Virus record (IMG/VR): IMGVR_UViG_3300030202_002193 | Span: 20,539 to 84,538 of that record | Strand: one strand, 5' to 3' | DNA from: a virus | Length of the DNA: 64,000 bases | Shown: positions 1-10,273 of the stretch, piece after piece | Layout of the letters: the number at the start of each line of letters is the position of its first letter | How positions within the stretch are numbered: the stretch's first letter is position 1 | The notes under the pieces: model-generated | The model's database searches: none | Seen by the model: only the letters and a program-made list of their open reading frames with translations | Told to the model about the DNA's origin: nothing | Position numbers and translations under genes: made by a program

Positions 1-888
1 TCTACCGTTCAAGAAGATACTTAGTTTTCTATTTGATGCGTTAAAGGTACAGGCAACATGAAAAGTATCTTCAGTATAAATTGCCATTTGTTCATCTTTA
101 ATATATAGATTAGTTCCATCATCTATGCTAGTAGAATAGGAAGTAGTTAGTACAACAGATTGACTTCCAGTAGAACCTCCTAGAGTATTAATTGTGCCTA
201 GCGAAACAATCTCCCCTCCACTAACAATAAACACTTCTTGTTTATTGCCCGCAAACAAATCTGCGGCTTCGCTTGTGGTGAAATTAGTTCCACTATGACT
301 AGAAATGGTAGCAACCTTTTTGTATTTTTTTCTGCCATCTGCATCTACAAATATACCATTCGTATGAGTAAATTGCCTACCGTTTCTAGCAGGTAAAATT
401 ATTTCATCAGTAGTATAAGTTTCAGTACTGCTTCCTAACTTTAGTCTAACTCTAATCTTATATCTAGCAGGTTCGTTTTCGTTATGTAAAGTAGAATTAA
501 CTAAAGATATTTGAAAATTAGTATTATAAAATAACATCATTTCGTGTGTTAATCTAGCAGTTCTTGAAAGATATTTTTCACTTTGGTAATTGGCTTCATT
601 TCCGGCAGTATAGACCGATTGAGAAAGTGCTGGCATAACTTTGTTACTACTATATGTTGGGCGGGTTCTTGAAGAATAAGTGCCATGACCGTTTATTTCA
701 TATGGCGTAATTATTGATTCAAAGGTAAATGAATCTTCATGCGCCCACAATCCGTAGGCTACATCGTTTGCAGTAGAAGAATCTCCTCCGGAATCTGCTA
801 CATTGTCACTGTAGCCTATCTTAACATGTCCGTTACACATAACAGGAAAAACCAACGCCCGTTGTTTTCCTGTAAGTATCTCATACAT
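1..888 (-). CDS. putative tail/virion structural protein, 3'-truncated by window edge
   Basis: Hand translation from ATG 888 (MYEILTGKQRALVFPVMCNGHVKIGYSD...), GGTGA RBS upstream, downstream of tape measure; absent from ORF track, presumably because it runs off the window. Confidence 0.6.
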   Translation of the reverse strand, partial: MYEILTGKQRALVFPVMCNGHVKIGYSDNVADSGGDSSTANDVAYGLWAHEDSFTFESIITPYEINGHGTYSSRTRPTYSSNKVMPALSQSVYTAGNEANYQSEKYLSRTARLTHEMMLFYNTNFQISLVNSTLHNENEPARYKIRVRLKLGSSTETYTTDEIILPARNGRQFTHTNGIFVDADGRKKYKKVATISSHSGTNFTTSEAADLFAGNKQEVFIVSGGEIVSLGTINTLGGSTGSQSVVLTTSYSTSIDDGTNLYIKDEQMAIYTEDTFHVACTFNASNRKLSIFLNGR

Positions 889-897
889 TTAATCACC

Positions 898-1521
898 TCA
901 AGGGAATACTGTTGCTACTTCAAATTGCATATTAAATGAAACCTCTACAGTATCAGAAGTAAAATCACAACCGAACTGTCTAATAAATCCTTTAACTCCG
1001 TCCGAAGTAGAAGAAGTAGGAAAGGCACTAGGCATAGGAACTAAGTAATTATCTAATTCATTGGCTTCTCCCCTAGAATGAAAAGTCCAAGGAATATTTC
1101 TTTCTGTAACTTGTGTAAAGGTTTCATCCACTGTAGAAGGAATCAAAAAGACTAATTCATCAAATGCTTGATGTATTGCTGCTCCTGTAGAATCTACTCC
1201 CGAAGCAATCATTTGAGCAATTTCGTGAGCAGTATAATTTAATGCTGCATTACCTGCATCAAATATCGTATTATGACCACCCTTTCCATTTTTAGTTATT
1301 GTAGCGGGCATAATAAAACCTTGAAGGGTAATGGTTTTACTAGACATTCCTAAATCCAAAGCCGCAGTAGTCGCTTCTCCAAAAGTTAAACCGCTTACTG
1401 GAACCGGAAGAGAAGGTATTTGTTTATCAGTAGAAATACTAACGCTAGTAACATTTAGAGGGATTACATTTTGCGTTAAACTTCCTTTATTTGCTTTAGT
1501 TTTTAGATATACATAACTCAT
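898..1521 (-). CDS. putative distal tail/baseplate-hub protein
   Basis: 207 aa beta-rich ORF directly after tape measure gene; assignment by position. Confidence 0.5.
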   Translation of the reverse strand: MSYVYLKTKANKGSLTQNVIPLNVTSVSISTDKQIPSLPVPVSGLTFGEATTAALDLGMSSKTITLQGFIMPATITKNGKGGHNTIFDAGNAALNYTAHEIAQMIASGVDSTGAAIHQAFDELVFLIPSTVDETFTQVTERNIPWTFHSRGEANELDNYLVPMPSAFPTSSTSDGVKGFIRQFGCDFTSDTVEVSFNMQFEVATVFP

Positions 1522-1525
1522 TTAA

Positions 1526-2929
1526 TCACCCCAATGTTCTAGAAGAAGTACTTCTATTAATTTTATTATTTACCATATCCCCTATCTTATTTGCGATTCT
1601 TCTCATTTCTCCATCGGAAGTATCTCTAGCATTAATGGTAATGTTGATATTAGTAACGCCACCGCCACCGCCAACCATACTCCTACTTTTTCTATTAGAA
1701 TGTACTTTAGAACCTGCTGGAAGATTTACTAGTTCCGGACCCTTTTCTCCTACAAGAGCCATTCCTCCATGAGAAGTACCTCCAGCATGGAAAACATCCC
1801 AATCGGATAGTTTATCCCAAAGCCACATTGCTATAACCATTACTCCTCCGATTATAATTGCTGGTAGAAGTATTGGTAGACCATACATCCATAATACCAT
1901 AGCGGCCAAAGCACCTAAAGCAATTAAAGCCCATTGTTGCCAACTTAACCCCTTAAACCAATCAATAGCCGCATTCCAAGCATCTTCAGCAAGTTGAGCC
2001 AAAGCAGAAAGACCTCCCATTAAAACAGTATATCCAAACTTTAGCAAGATATATGCACCGGCTACTAGTAAATCTAACATTGCAAATGCTAAATCTAAAA
2101 GAGAAGCATCTCCCATAAAGAAATCAAATATAGTAGAGAAACTTTCCCAAACAGTATCTATGGCAGTTGATATACTTTCAAAAAATCCTTCGAATGGTTC
2201 TATGAATCCAGTGTATAGAGACTGAACAGTACTCCAAAAAACCTTGAGGAATGTGCCTACTGCCATTATAACTAACATGGAAATAATAAAGAAGTTGAAG
2301 GCTTTAGATAATATAGTTCTTGCTAATTTCATAACTCCTAAAATAAGCCCCCCACTTTTACCAATCCAAGTAAATTTATTTCTTTTAAGCCAAGACAAAG
2401 CATTTCCACCTTTTTCTCTAGCACCTTTTCCAAAGGCCTGAATTTGGTCTAATCTTTTATTAACTGCTTCTTTACGCCGACCAGCAAATCCTTTAGCCCC
2501 AACTCTAATACTTGTGGATTTATCGTCCATAATTCCTTTTATTCCTATTTGTTTGAAATCGCTTACCAAGCCCTTCATTCCCTTACCCATACTTTCGAAA
2601 GAAGGTATGTTTAGTTTTTCTGCAAAATTAGGGATTTTTAGTTTAGATAATTGCTTAATGCCTTTTCCTAGTAAAGAATTTTTTTTCATTATTTGTCCCA
2701 TAGTAGTATCGTAAACCTTTCCTGTTGAAAGTAAACCGGTCTTGAATTTATTCAATATTGTAAAACTGCCCCTAAAGGTATAAAGAAAACTTTTAGCAAA
2801 TCCCTTAAACCCGTCTTGGGCATTCATAAAGCCCGAAACCGCTTTACCTGCTTTAGTAAGTACGCCTTCGTATTTTTCAGCAGCCTTTTCTGCCTTTTTC
2901 ATGTCTTCTATCATTCTTTCAAAAGACAT
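1526..2929 (-). CDS. tape measure-like protein
   Basis: Ala/Gly/Lys-rich helical N-half, several hydrophobic segments, C-terminal VGEKGPELV motif typical of TMP C-termini; follows tail assembly chaperones. Confidence 0.7.
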   Translation of the reverse strand: MSFERMIEDMKKAEKAAEKYEGVLTKAGKAVSGFMNAQDGFKGFAKSFLYTFRGSFTILNKFKTGLLSTGKVYDTTMGQIMKKNSLLGKGIKQLSKLKIPNFAEKLNIPSFESMGKGMKGLVSDFKQIGIKGIMDDKSTSIRVGAKGFAGRRKEAVNKRLDQIQAFGKGAREKGGNALSWLKRNKFTWIGKSGGLILGVMKLARTILSKAFNFFIISMLVIMAVGTFLKVFWSTVQSLYTGFIEPFEGFFESISTAIDTVWESFSTIFDFFMGDASLLDLAFAMLDLLVAGAYILLKFGYTVLMGGLSALAQLAEDAWNAAIDWFKGLSWQQWALIALGALAAMVLWMYGLPILLPAIIIGGVMVIAMWLWDKLSDWDVFHAGGTSHGGMALVGEKGPELVNLPAGSKVHSNRKSRSMVGGGGGVTNINITINARDTSDGEMRRIANKIGDMVNNKINRSTSSRTLG

Positions 2930-2933
2930 ACTA

Positions 2934-3140
2934 TCACTTCATTTTCTTGGTTTGCTTTTGCATTTCTTCCGCTTTAATTTCTTCAACGATTCCATGTATT
3001 GCTAATAAATCCTGTACTAATTGGGCTGGCATCTGATAAATTTCTAATGGGCTTATCCCTAACGCTTGTGCCAAGGAGTAGACGACTAAGAGGCTTCCTG
3101 TTTGGGCATCTGCTTTTCCAGCCCTAATGTTTCGCCTCAT
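2934..3140 (-). CDS. tail assembly chaperone, C-terminal (gpT-like) frame
   Basis: In the -1 frame of upstream chaperone ORF after slippery A AAA AAC; between tail tube and TMP. Confidence 0.65.
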   Translation of the reverse strand: MRRNIRAGKADAQTGSLLVVYSLAQALGISPLEIYQMPAQLVQDLLAIHGIVEEIKAEEMQKQTKKMK

Positions 3141-3505
3141 TACTCGTTTTTTTCTTCATCCCCCGACATTAATTCGAAAGGATTAGGCATCACTTCTTTT
3201 ATTTGATTCCCTACAAAGGGAGTGAGTCTGATTAAATCAACCGTGGATAGGCTCGGTTCAGTTCTTTCTATGAAGTTCTCAATCATATAACGATACATTG
3301 CATTCAAATCCAAATCAAAAGTTTGGCTTTTTGCATCAATGTTCATTAAGGAATTAGCGGCCTTTTCTACTTCTAGCCAAGTCGGTTCCTTAATCCAAAT
3401 CTTTAGGTATTCGTCACTATCCGGTGCTACTTGAATCCAGTGGCACTTTGCTTCTGTGAGTGCAAACATTACACTCTTGTTACTTACTATTTTTTTGTTT
3501 AACAT
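3140..3505 (-). CDS. tail assembly chaperone (gpG-like)
   Basis: Canonical position between tail tube and TMP; ends GAA AAA AAC GAG TAA. Confidence 0.65.
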   Translation of the reverse strand: MLNKKIVSNKSVMFALTEAKCHWIQVAPDSDEYLKIWIKEPTWLEVEKAANSLMNIDAKSQTFDLDLNAMYRYMIENFIERTEPSLSTVDLIRLTPFVGNQIKEVMPNPFELMSGDEEKNE

Positions 3506-3554
3506 ATCTTCCACCTACTAAACCAACAAACGAACAAACGGTGTTGGTGGAATA

Positions 3555-3659
3555 TCATTCTGTAGTTTCTTCTTTAATTACCTCTTTCTTTGGTCGGCCC
3601 TTTTTCTTAGATTCAGATTTTCTTTTTTCTGCTAATTTTCTTTTTTCGTACATATCCAT
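3555..3659 (-). CDS. 34-aa basic micro-protein with AT-hook-like KKKGRPKK
   Basis: Hand translation MDMYEKRKLAEKRKSESKKKGRPKKEVIKEETTE; GGTGA RBS overlapping tail tube stop. Confidence 0.5.
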   Translation of the reverse strand: MDMYEKRKLAEKRKSESKKKGRPKKEVIKEETTE

Positions 3660-3664
3660 CAAAA

Positions 3665-5290
3665 TCACCCTTGTAATTTCCAATGAGTTTTGACAGTACA
3701 TTCTTTCAAATCTCTAGGCTTTACCTTTGCTTCAACAGTAATTGGCCCTTTATCTTCCGGTATTGTAAAGGTTGCACTTTCTAGGAAATAGTTCTTGAAG
3801 GAGATATTAATTTCTTCTCCATTAGGCTTGTCGAATTGCAAATCAATTAGTCCATCAGTGGCAAAGTTAGTTCCATTTGTAACTGCGCTAGTTCCTGTGT
3901 TTTCATTTCTATTGAATAATTCTTCAAAGAGCAAATCATCTGTAACTAAAGCAGTAAAAGACAATTCGTACATTCTATTGGATGGAATAGCATCTTGAAT
4001 AGAAGTATTCCCAACCCCAATGAATCTCTTTTCCTGTAGGTTATTATTAATCGTTAGAGTAAGATTTGTAATCTTTAAGAACTGCTGGCCGAATGCACTG
4101 AAACTTCCTCTAGAGAAAAAGAATGGTTCTAAAAACTCGTCAGATTCATAATTAAATAACAAAGTATTATCCAAACCTGCACCGCCCCTAGACTCATAAT
4201 TCTCATTTTGCTTTAGTTTATGAACGGCCCTTGTGTTTAACTCCATAGTCATTTTAACTTCTTCATTTTCATTAGCGGTCATAGTAAAGGTATTTACTCT
4301 ATTTCCTCTAGCAATTCGTACAAAATTAGTGTCTTCTAGCGTTGCATTAGTATTGGTATGATATGGGGTATCACCAGACAATTTGCTAATAGTCTGCTCT
4401 AAAGAAAACGAAGGAAGTTCGTCATTATTAGATTCTTTGAATTCGTAAGTAATTGCTTTAGTTATGCTTGAAGGAGTAACAGGAACATCTAGTTTTTCTA
4501 TCTTCGATTGTAAATCCACATGTTTTAGAATAGGAGGAGTTAGCGCAGTACTAGAAACTCCGGTAGCCGCATAGCCGGTCTTATAGAAAATAGGTCCACC
4601 TTGTTCTGTATGGGTTTCTAAAGTTTTAGCACCCGCCCCTTGGTCGTTAGAATCAATATAAATCTCACCAGCAGTACCCGCTAAAGGGTTGGTTATGGTG
4701 GAGTTTAACATGGTAGCGGTTAGGCTATCACATTTTCCTAAAGCATAATAAAGCCAAGCACCGTGATTCGCCATAAAGTTTAGACTACCACCACTAGCAG
4801 TTTCTATTCCCTTGTATTGGTAAGTCATGTTTCTTGAGCCGCCAAGAGCAAGGTTCATTTGCTTTACTTCAACTTCTACATTAGGAAATTCTGCACTTTC
4901 TAAAAGACCAAGCCAATTATCAGCATTTAGTCTAGCAGTAGAAGAACCAGTAGAATATCTTTGGCCAACGCAAGGTGCGCCATATGGCCTAATCACACAA
5001 AAATATCCGCTAGTAGCAGTAGCAGTATGGGCCGGAGTAATCTGTATAGAAGTAGAAGAATTTCCCGTAATAGTACAAATAGAATTAGGAGTGGTAGCCG
5101 AACTATTGTATATTTCTACAGTGCATCCTACATAAATATCTTCCACTAAAAGATAAGAATTTTGGAAATCTGCTACAGGAATTAGGTTAGTGGTACTACT
5201 AGTACTATCGTTCAATTCTATGTATAAATGCGTTTCAGGAATGAATGTTAAACTTGCGCCGCTTCCTAAAAATATATCTGTGTTTGTCAT
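3665..5290 (-). CDS. major tail tube protein
   Basis: 541 aa Thr/Ser-rich beta protein with tube-type segments (LPSFSLEQ, LTLTINNNL); position after neck genes. Confidence 0.7.
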   Translation of the reverse strand: MTNTDIFLGSGASLTFIPETHLYIELNDSTSSTTNLIPVADFQNSYLLVEDIYVGCTVEIYNSSATTPNSICTITGNSSTSIQITPAHTATATSGYFCVIRPYGAPCVGQRYSTGSSTARLNADNWLGLLESAEFPNVEVEVKQMNLALGGSRNMTYQYKGIETASGGSLNFMANHGAWLYYALGKCDSLTATMLNSTITNPLAGTAGEIYIDSNDQGAGAKTLETHTEQGGPIFYKTGYAATGVSSTALTPPILKHVDLQSKIEKLDVPVTPSSITKAITYEFKESNNDELPSFSLEQTISKLSGDTPYHTNTNATLEDTNFVRIARGNRVNTFTMTANENEEVKMTMELNTRAVHKLKQNENYESRGGAGLDNTLLFNYESDEFLEPFFFSRGSFSAFGQQFLKITNLTLTINNNLQEKRFIGVGNTSIQDAIPSNRMYELSFTALVTDDLLFEELFNRNENTGTSAVTNGTNFATDGLIDLQFDKPNGEEINISFKNYFLESATFTIPEDKGPITVEAKVKPRDLKECTVKTHWKLQG

Positions 5291-5315
5291 GTTCTTCCTC
5301 TCCCTTACTTACTTA

Positions 5316-5828
5316 CTATGGGACCGAGAGTGCGAATCTTTTTACTTCTATGCTAATTTTATATCCGAAAATTCTTTTCTTCCTGTCATTTGATTCGCTT
5401 CTAGCCCCAACAAAAATCTGATTAAATCTAGAACCGTCGCTCGCAGTATATCCGGTTCGCTTCCCCTCAAGCACATGACGAGTAATCAAGTATAAAGCCC
5501 TTAGCCTATCTTTGCCAAAGTCAGCGTCCGTTCCGGCTCTTTCATCTTGAACATGTCGAATGTGAATTGTAAACGAATAACTTTCGTTGCGTACATCATA
5601 ATGTACTGTCGGATAATCTACAGTTTGACTATCTTCAAAAATGACAATTAAATCTTTTAATGATAAATCGTATCGACTTCCACGGTTTGCTTCCATACTT
5701 CGAATGTCAATTATATTTGGCTTACCAATATGGTCACTAGAAATTGTACCTGCGCTTTGTAAAGTAGTAGCGGAACTAGACCAATTATTATCTAAGAGGT
5801 CAATTAATAGACTAACTTCATCCATCAT
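5316..5828 (-). CDS. putative tail terminator/completion protein
   Basis: 170 aa immediately upstream of tail tube; position-based. Confidence 0.5.
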   Translation of the reverse strand: MMDEVSLLIDLLDNNWSSSATTLQSAGTISSDHIGKPNIIDIRSMEANRGSRYDLSLKDLIVIFEDSQTVDYPTVHYDVRNESYSFTIHIRHVQDERAGTDADFGKDRLRALYLITRHVLEGKRTGYTASDGSRFNQIFVGARSESNDRKKRIFGYKISIEVKRFALSVP

Positions 5829-6034
5829 TCCATCCCCTTGAGTGCTTCTTCTAGCCTATCTTTCATTACTCTTTCCATATATTCAGCAATCTTGGCTTCT
5901 GCATTTGCAATCATTTCACCTTCAGAAAATGTAAAATCTACTCTTAGCAATTTAGATATTTCTAACATTTGTAGATTTCTTTCTTTTTCTATTTCTAGAT
6001 ATTTCTGAAATTGTTGAGAAAGATTGCCAAACAT
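5825..6034 (-). CDS. hypothetical protein
   Basis: 69 aa, coupled to downstream gene. Confidence 0.6.
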   Translation of the reverse strand: MFGNLSQQFQKYLEIEKERNLQMLEISKLLRVDFTFSEGEMIANAEAKIAEYMERVMKDRLEEALKGME

Positions 6035-6041
6035 ATTATCA

Positions 6042-6314
6042 CTACTTAAATTCTACCCAAATAGTGTCTTGGCTAGTCTGTTGTATTTTATATTCTGGAT
6101 GATTATTAATTTCATTAATAAAATCTTGAGGAGTAATTCCATGCGGATGTGCAGAAACCACATTTGGTCTCCTATCTTTATTCTCGTCAAATCTAACCAT
6201 GACGGCATTAGGTCGGCTTTGTTGTAGAACATATTTAACCAATTTAATAAAACTTCTAGGGCGCATCGGCCCCGCTTGCGGTAGTTCGTTTTTAATTATT
6301 TTTTTCCAATCCAT
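6042..6314 (-). CDS. WxxILK-leader protein (MDWKKIIKN)
   Basis: Shared N-terminal leader; inserted in neck module. Confidence 0.65.
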   Translation of the reverse strand: MDWKKIIKNELPQAGPMRPRSFIKLVKYVLQQSRPNAVMVRFDENKDRRPNVVSAHPHGITPQDFINEINNHPEYKIQQTSQDTIWVEFK

Positions 6315-6319
6315 ATTAA

Positions 6320-7441
6320 TCACTCAATAATATACACAATATCCTTCTTACCATCTAGTATTTCCATAGCCTCTTTCTTCAAGATGTCATACTTTTCCTT
6401 AGTGGTAATGTTAGCCCCTGTTTCAGCAATAAGAATAGTTTGGTCATCATGTCGTAATATTTCTGCGGCGGCTAATTTTGTAGCGGCTTCGTGTATTGCA
6501 GAAGGAACTCTAGAATCTCCAGCAATGTATGAAACAATTACGGAGTTTTCTGTATGATAAGGATAGTCTTTCAAGAAGAATAGCCTTCCTTCATTTCCAA
6601 TTTTCCAAAAACTTCCTATTCTTTTCATGTCTTGCTTATCTGTAAATTGGTCAATAGTAATGGAATCGGCAACGCTTCCGGAAGTAACAGTAGCCGCTAT
6701 AACACAATCAGAACCATCCTCTCCTTCTAAAAGAGATGAGATGTTAATTTTAGTTCCATCATCGGGGTCGCTACTTGCATAAAAGAAATCTGAAACATTA
6801 AAGTTAGTAGCACCATCTTCAGTCAATTCCTTTCTGTTATCTGCCCCAGTAAAAGAAGCAGTTTTAGCAGGGTATTGTTCGTTAATTAGGGAAACTATTT
6901 CTCTAACAGTAGTCTTAGTTCCAAATTTTTTATTAAAATTAGAATCAGACAAAGAAGAACCTACATTATTGCTGGCAGTTAAAGTAAATGTAGTAGACCC
7001 ATCAGGTAATGTTAAGGTTATCGTGTCTAATTTAGCGTAGTCTAAAATCTGAATGCTTCCCGATGCCGATGCTAATTCCTTATATCCGCTACCCTGCCAA
7101 ACCTGTAAACTTACAATTTTTCTAACTTTCATATGTTGTAACTGAACGAACCCTACATATCCGCCATAGTAAGAATCCGCAGGGTTTCTACTAAAATTAA
7201 AATTATGGACTTCATGCTCATGTCTAATAGGACGATAAGAACGCTTAACCTTATCATCAATCATTCCCTCTACCCGTTTAATTATAGAACCTACTTGTGT
7301 TTGCGTAGGATTAGTACCAGCACCAAAGGCCGGTATCTGTAGTAAGTCTGAAATCGCCCCCTTATCTGTATAAAATCCTTGTCCTATCGAATAGTCTGCG
7401 TTAATTGTAGTATAGTCGCTAGGGGAAAATACGGTTGGCAT
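6320..7441 (-). CDS. head-tail adaptor/neck protein with inserted beta domain
   Basis: C-terminal VSYIAG-x-x-x-VPSAIHEAATKLAA resembles gp6/gp15-type adaptors. Confidence 0.6.
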   Translation of the reverse strand: MPTVFSPSDYTTINADYSIGQGFYTDKGAISDLLQIPAFGAGTNPTQTQVGSIIKRVEGMIDDKVKRSYRPIRHEHEVHNFNFSRNPADSYYGGYVGFVQLQHMKVRKIVSLQVWQGSGYKELASASGSIQILDYAKLDTITLTLPDGSTTFTLTASNNVGSSLSDSNFNKKFGTKTTVREIVSLINEQYPAKTASFTGADNRKELTEDGATNFNVSDFFYASSDPDDGTKINISSLLEGEDGSDCVIAATVTSGSVADSITIDQFTDKQDMKRIGSFWKIGNEGRLFFLKDYPYHTENSVIVSYIAGDSRVPSAIHEAATKLAAAEILRHDDQTILIAETGANITTKEKYDILKKEAMEILDGKKDIVYIIE

Positions 7442-7442
7442 A

Positions 7443-8951
7443 TCAAGCACCTTCTTCTATTTCGTCTTTTACTGAATCGAACCTATCCAGTATTTCTTCT
7501 ATATGGTCGGAAAGCCTTTCGTTAAAACGATATTCCCTATTCAAACTCTCCCTACTCTCCTTTAATTTAGTATATCTTTCTTCGATGTCTTTAGATATAC
7601 TTTGTATTACTTCCATACTAATCCCTTCTGATTCTTCTGACGATAATTTATCTTCTAATTCGGATAGGGCTTCTTTTTGCTTTTGCTCATATTCCTTTTC
7701 AGTTTCGATTTCAGTTTGGGCTTCGTTCATTATCTTATTATATTCTTTAATGGCATCGGATAAGATTTTAGATTCACTATCACTTAATCCCCTGTCTGAA
7801 ATTGCTTCCGAAGTTATTTCTGATTTTCCTTTGCCTTTAGTCCTTTGATAAGTAGGTTTAGAAAACGGGCTAATATCAAAAGTCCCTATTCTTACAGATT
7901 TAATCTTTACTTCATATTTGAAAGATTTAGTTTCTTCAAGGGGGTCAATTTTTTTAACCATTCCAGTAATATAGACTTCGTAAGTTTCATCCATAAGAGG
8001 GTCTGCCTTATTCATTTCTGCTAAATATTTTATTAATTCATCAGATACTCTACCTACAATAGAATCCATTTCTGATTCTATTATTTCTTTAATATCGTCT
8101 AATTTATCCTTTTTATTATCTTCAGTTATTTTACCAGTAGTTAATATTTGTTTAACTTTAGATAGATTTAATTCATGCGTACCTCTTAATTTTGACAAAG
8201 ATACTGATTCAGTACTCTTTAATATCCTTTTACCTGTACTTCTATAATTTACATTGGGGTAGATTCTTTTTAGAAACTTTGTTCTTTCTTCAGTATTATT
8301 ATATTCTGAAAAGTACAGTACGGATTTATCTTTACCGGTAGAGGTTATTTCTATAGTTGGCAAACCAGAAGTCTCTCCTATATTTATTTCAAAATATGGT
8401 TCAAAGTCAGGTTTTTTCATAAACATGCTAGGCAAGGAAGGCACATCTGCCCCAAAATCTCTAGTTTGAGGAATGTTTCTAAGTGAAGAAATATATTCCT
8501 GTGCCTGTTCGGTGTCTGCATAGTCTTCGCCTAGATTATAAGGACCAGTAAACTGTTCCGGTTCTTCTTCCGTAACCTTTCCAAATAAACTATATCCTAT
8601 AATTTTTAATAAGTTATCAGATTCTCTCATATCCTCTAAAGTAAAATCTTTAACCTCATCAAACACCCTACTTCTTCTTAGAGACCTATACATAATTGGT
8701 TCGGGCTTTCCTCTTTTAGCCAAATCTAAAATCTTCTCTTTTTCTATTCCTTCTAGAATCTTTAGGCCTTCTTCTACAAAAGCATCATTATCAAATTGTA
8801 TAGAAGTATTGATGGCAGATTTTTCTGCAATGCCGGTTATTTCCCCATCTTTGAATCCAGTTCTTCCAACTATAGTATCTTTGATTTTTTCAGTAAAATC
8901 TGTTGGCCAATTTCTAATAGAGCCATCGGAATCAATTACTTTAGTCGGCAT
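7443..8951 (-). CDS. hypothetical protein, acidic coiled-coil C-terminus
   Basis: 502 aa ORF on coding strand. Confidence 0.75.
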   Translation of the reverse strand: MPTKVIDSDGSIRNWPTDFTEKIKDTIVGRTGFKDGEITGIAEKSAINTSIQFDNDAFVEEGLKILEGIEKEKILDLAKRGKPEPIMYRSLRRSRVFDEVKDFTLEDMRESDNLLKIIGYSLFGKVTEEEPEQFTGPYNLGEDYADTEQAQEYISSLRNIPQTRDFGADVPSLPSMFMKKPDFEPYFEINIGETSGLPTIEITSTGKDKSVLYFSEYNNTEERTKFLKRIYPNVNYRSTGKRILKSTESVSLSKLRGTHELNLSKVKQILTTGKITEDNKKDKLDDIKEIIESEMDSIVGRVSDELIKYLAEMNKADPLMDETYEVYITGMVKKIDPLEETKSFKYEVKIKSVRIGTFDISPFSKPTYQRTKGKGKSEITSEAISDRGLSDSESKILSDAIKEYNKIMNEAQTEIETEKEYEQKQKEALSELEDKLSSEESEGISMEVIQSISKDIEERYTKLKESRESLNREYRFNERLSDHIEEILDRFDSVKDEIEEGA

Positions 8952-8961
8952 TTAATTCAAC

Positions 8962-9615
8962 TCACATTAGCCACTTAGCCCAAGCCGCACCTTTCTGAAT
9001 TGCGCCACCTAATCCTAATCCGGACTTTGGTGGTTCGTAACTCATCTGACCATTAGCATCTAACCAATATGGCCGACCATACATATCTTGCCCATTAGGA
9101 GGAATCGGATAGCCCGAACCATTGTTCATAGCACCTTGCATTTGTTGGTATTGTTGAGTTTGTCCCGTTACTCCAGCAAGAGCCATACCTGCTGAAACCT
9201 GTTGTTGCCCACCGCCAAATCCTTGAGATTCTAAGAATTGAGACTTAGCCATCTTTCTCTGATTAATTACTTCGGCATCAATAGCAGAATTCAATAGATT
9301 CATTATATCTAATTCTATGTTAGCGGCAGTAATTCCCTCAAATTCCCTTAAAGAATCAGGATGGATTCTAATACTTTTAGTGGTATCGTCTTGAATAAAC
9401 TGCAATTTAGTCAGCATTCTACTAACTACTCTTTCGGTAACATCTTCCATAAGTGTTTCTAAACACTTCAAAAACTTATCTCCGTGGTATTGGAAAAACT
9501 CTTCCACATGGTTATCCTGTAAAGAAAGTAAATTATTTACATTCTTGAATTGTTGGTCGCTCTGTGCTTGTACTGCTCCTAATACTGCGCCGTTACTTGT
9601 TCCTAATATCCCCAT
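8962..9615 (-). CDS. hypothetical protein, Gln/Gly-rich C-terminus
   Basis: 217 aa; RBS GGAG. Confidence 0.75.
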   Translation of the reverse strand: MGILGTSNGAVLGAVQAQSDQQFKNVNNLLSLQDNHVEEFFQYHGDKFLKCLETLMEDVTERVVSRMLTKLQFIQDDTTKSIRIHPDSLREFEGITAANIELDIMNLLNSAIDAEVINQRKMAKSQFLESQGFGGGQQQVSAGMALAGVTGQTQQYQQMQGAMNNGSGYPIPPNGQDMYGRPYWLDANGQMSYEPPKSGLGLGGAIQKGAAWAKWLM

Positions 9616-9616
9616 A

Positions 9617-10258
9617 TTAATCCTCTCCTTCTGCTTGTACCCCTTGTTTAATCATTAGATGGTTTAGTCTGTTAGTCAATATATTAATTTCCCCAACGAT
9701 AGTAATTGCTTCTTCAGTAGGCGTACTATTATCTCCTAATGTGGGAGGTTTAATAAGCCATCCGGCGGAAACTAAACTAGACACATCTTCTTTACTTAAT
9801 GTATTTAATGGGCCTCTCCTATTCATTTTTGGAATTTTTGGAATAAATGCTTTGAATTCTAAACCATGTTGTTCTGCCAAAATCTGTTGTTGCAACATTT
9901 CCATTTGTCTATGTATTCCGGAATGTTTGGGACAGTATGTTCCTCGCATTGGCCTACCTTTGGTTACATGAGATAAAGGAATTGGTGGCCGCATATAGTC
10001 TCCGCTATCCCATGTATGGTGCATTCCGCAAACCACGCAACGGTCCTTTAGATTAAACTTGTAACTATATTTAATTTTCAAAAAGGATTTCTTTTCCGGT
10101 ACTAAAACCTTAACCAATTCTTTCAATTGTTTCTTTGGTTTTATGTTGATGCACTTATATTCTTCTATCGGCCCACTTGCTCTTGCTCTTTGCAACGGTG
10201 GCAAAAATGCCGACGGTGCAGTTGTATTCATTTGTCCTATTATATTTTGTTGAAACAT
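9617..10258 (-). CDS. hypothetical Zn-binding protein
   Basis: CVVC...YCPKH motif. Confidence 0.7.
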   Translation of the reverse strand: MFQQNIIGQMNTTAPSAFLPPLQRARASGPIEEYKCINIKPKKQLKELVKVLVPEKKSFLKIKYSYKFNLKDRCVVCGMHHTWDSGDYMRPPIPLSHVTKGRPMRGTYCPKHSGIHRQMEMLQQQILAEQHGLEFKAFIPKIPKMNRRGPLNTLSKEDVSSLVSAGWLIKPPTLGDNSTPTEEAITIVGEINILTNRLNHLMIKQGVQAEGED

Positions 10259-10273
10259 TTTTCATTCCTCAGT

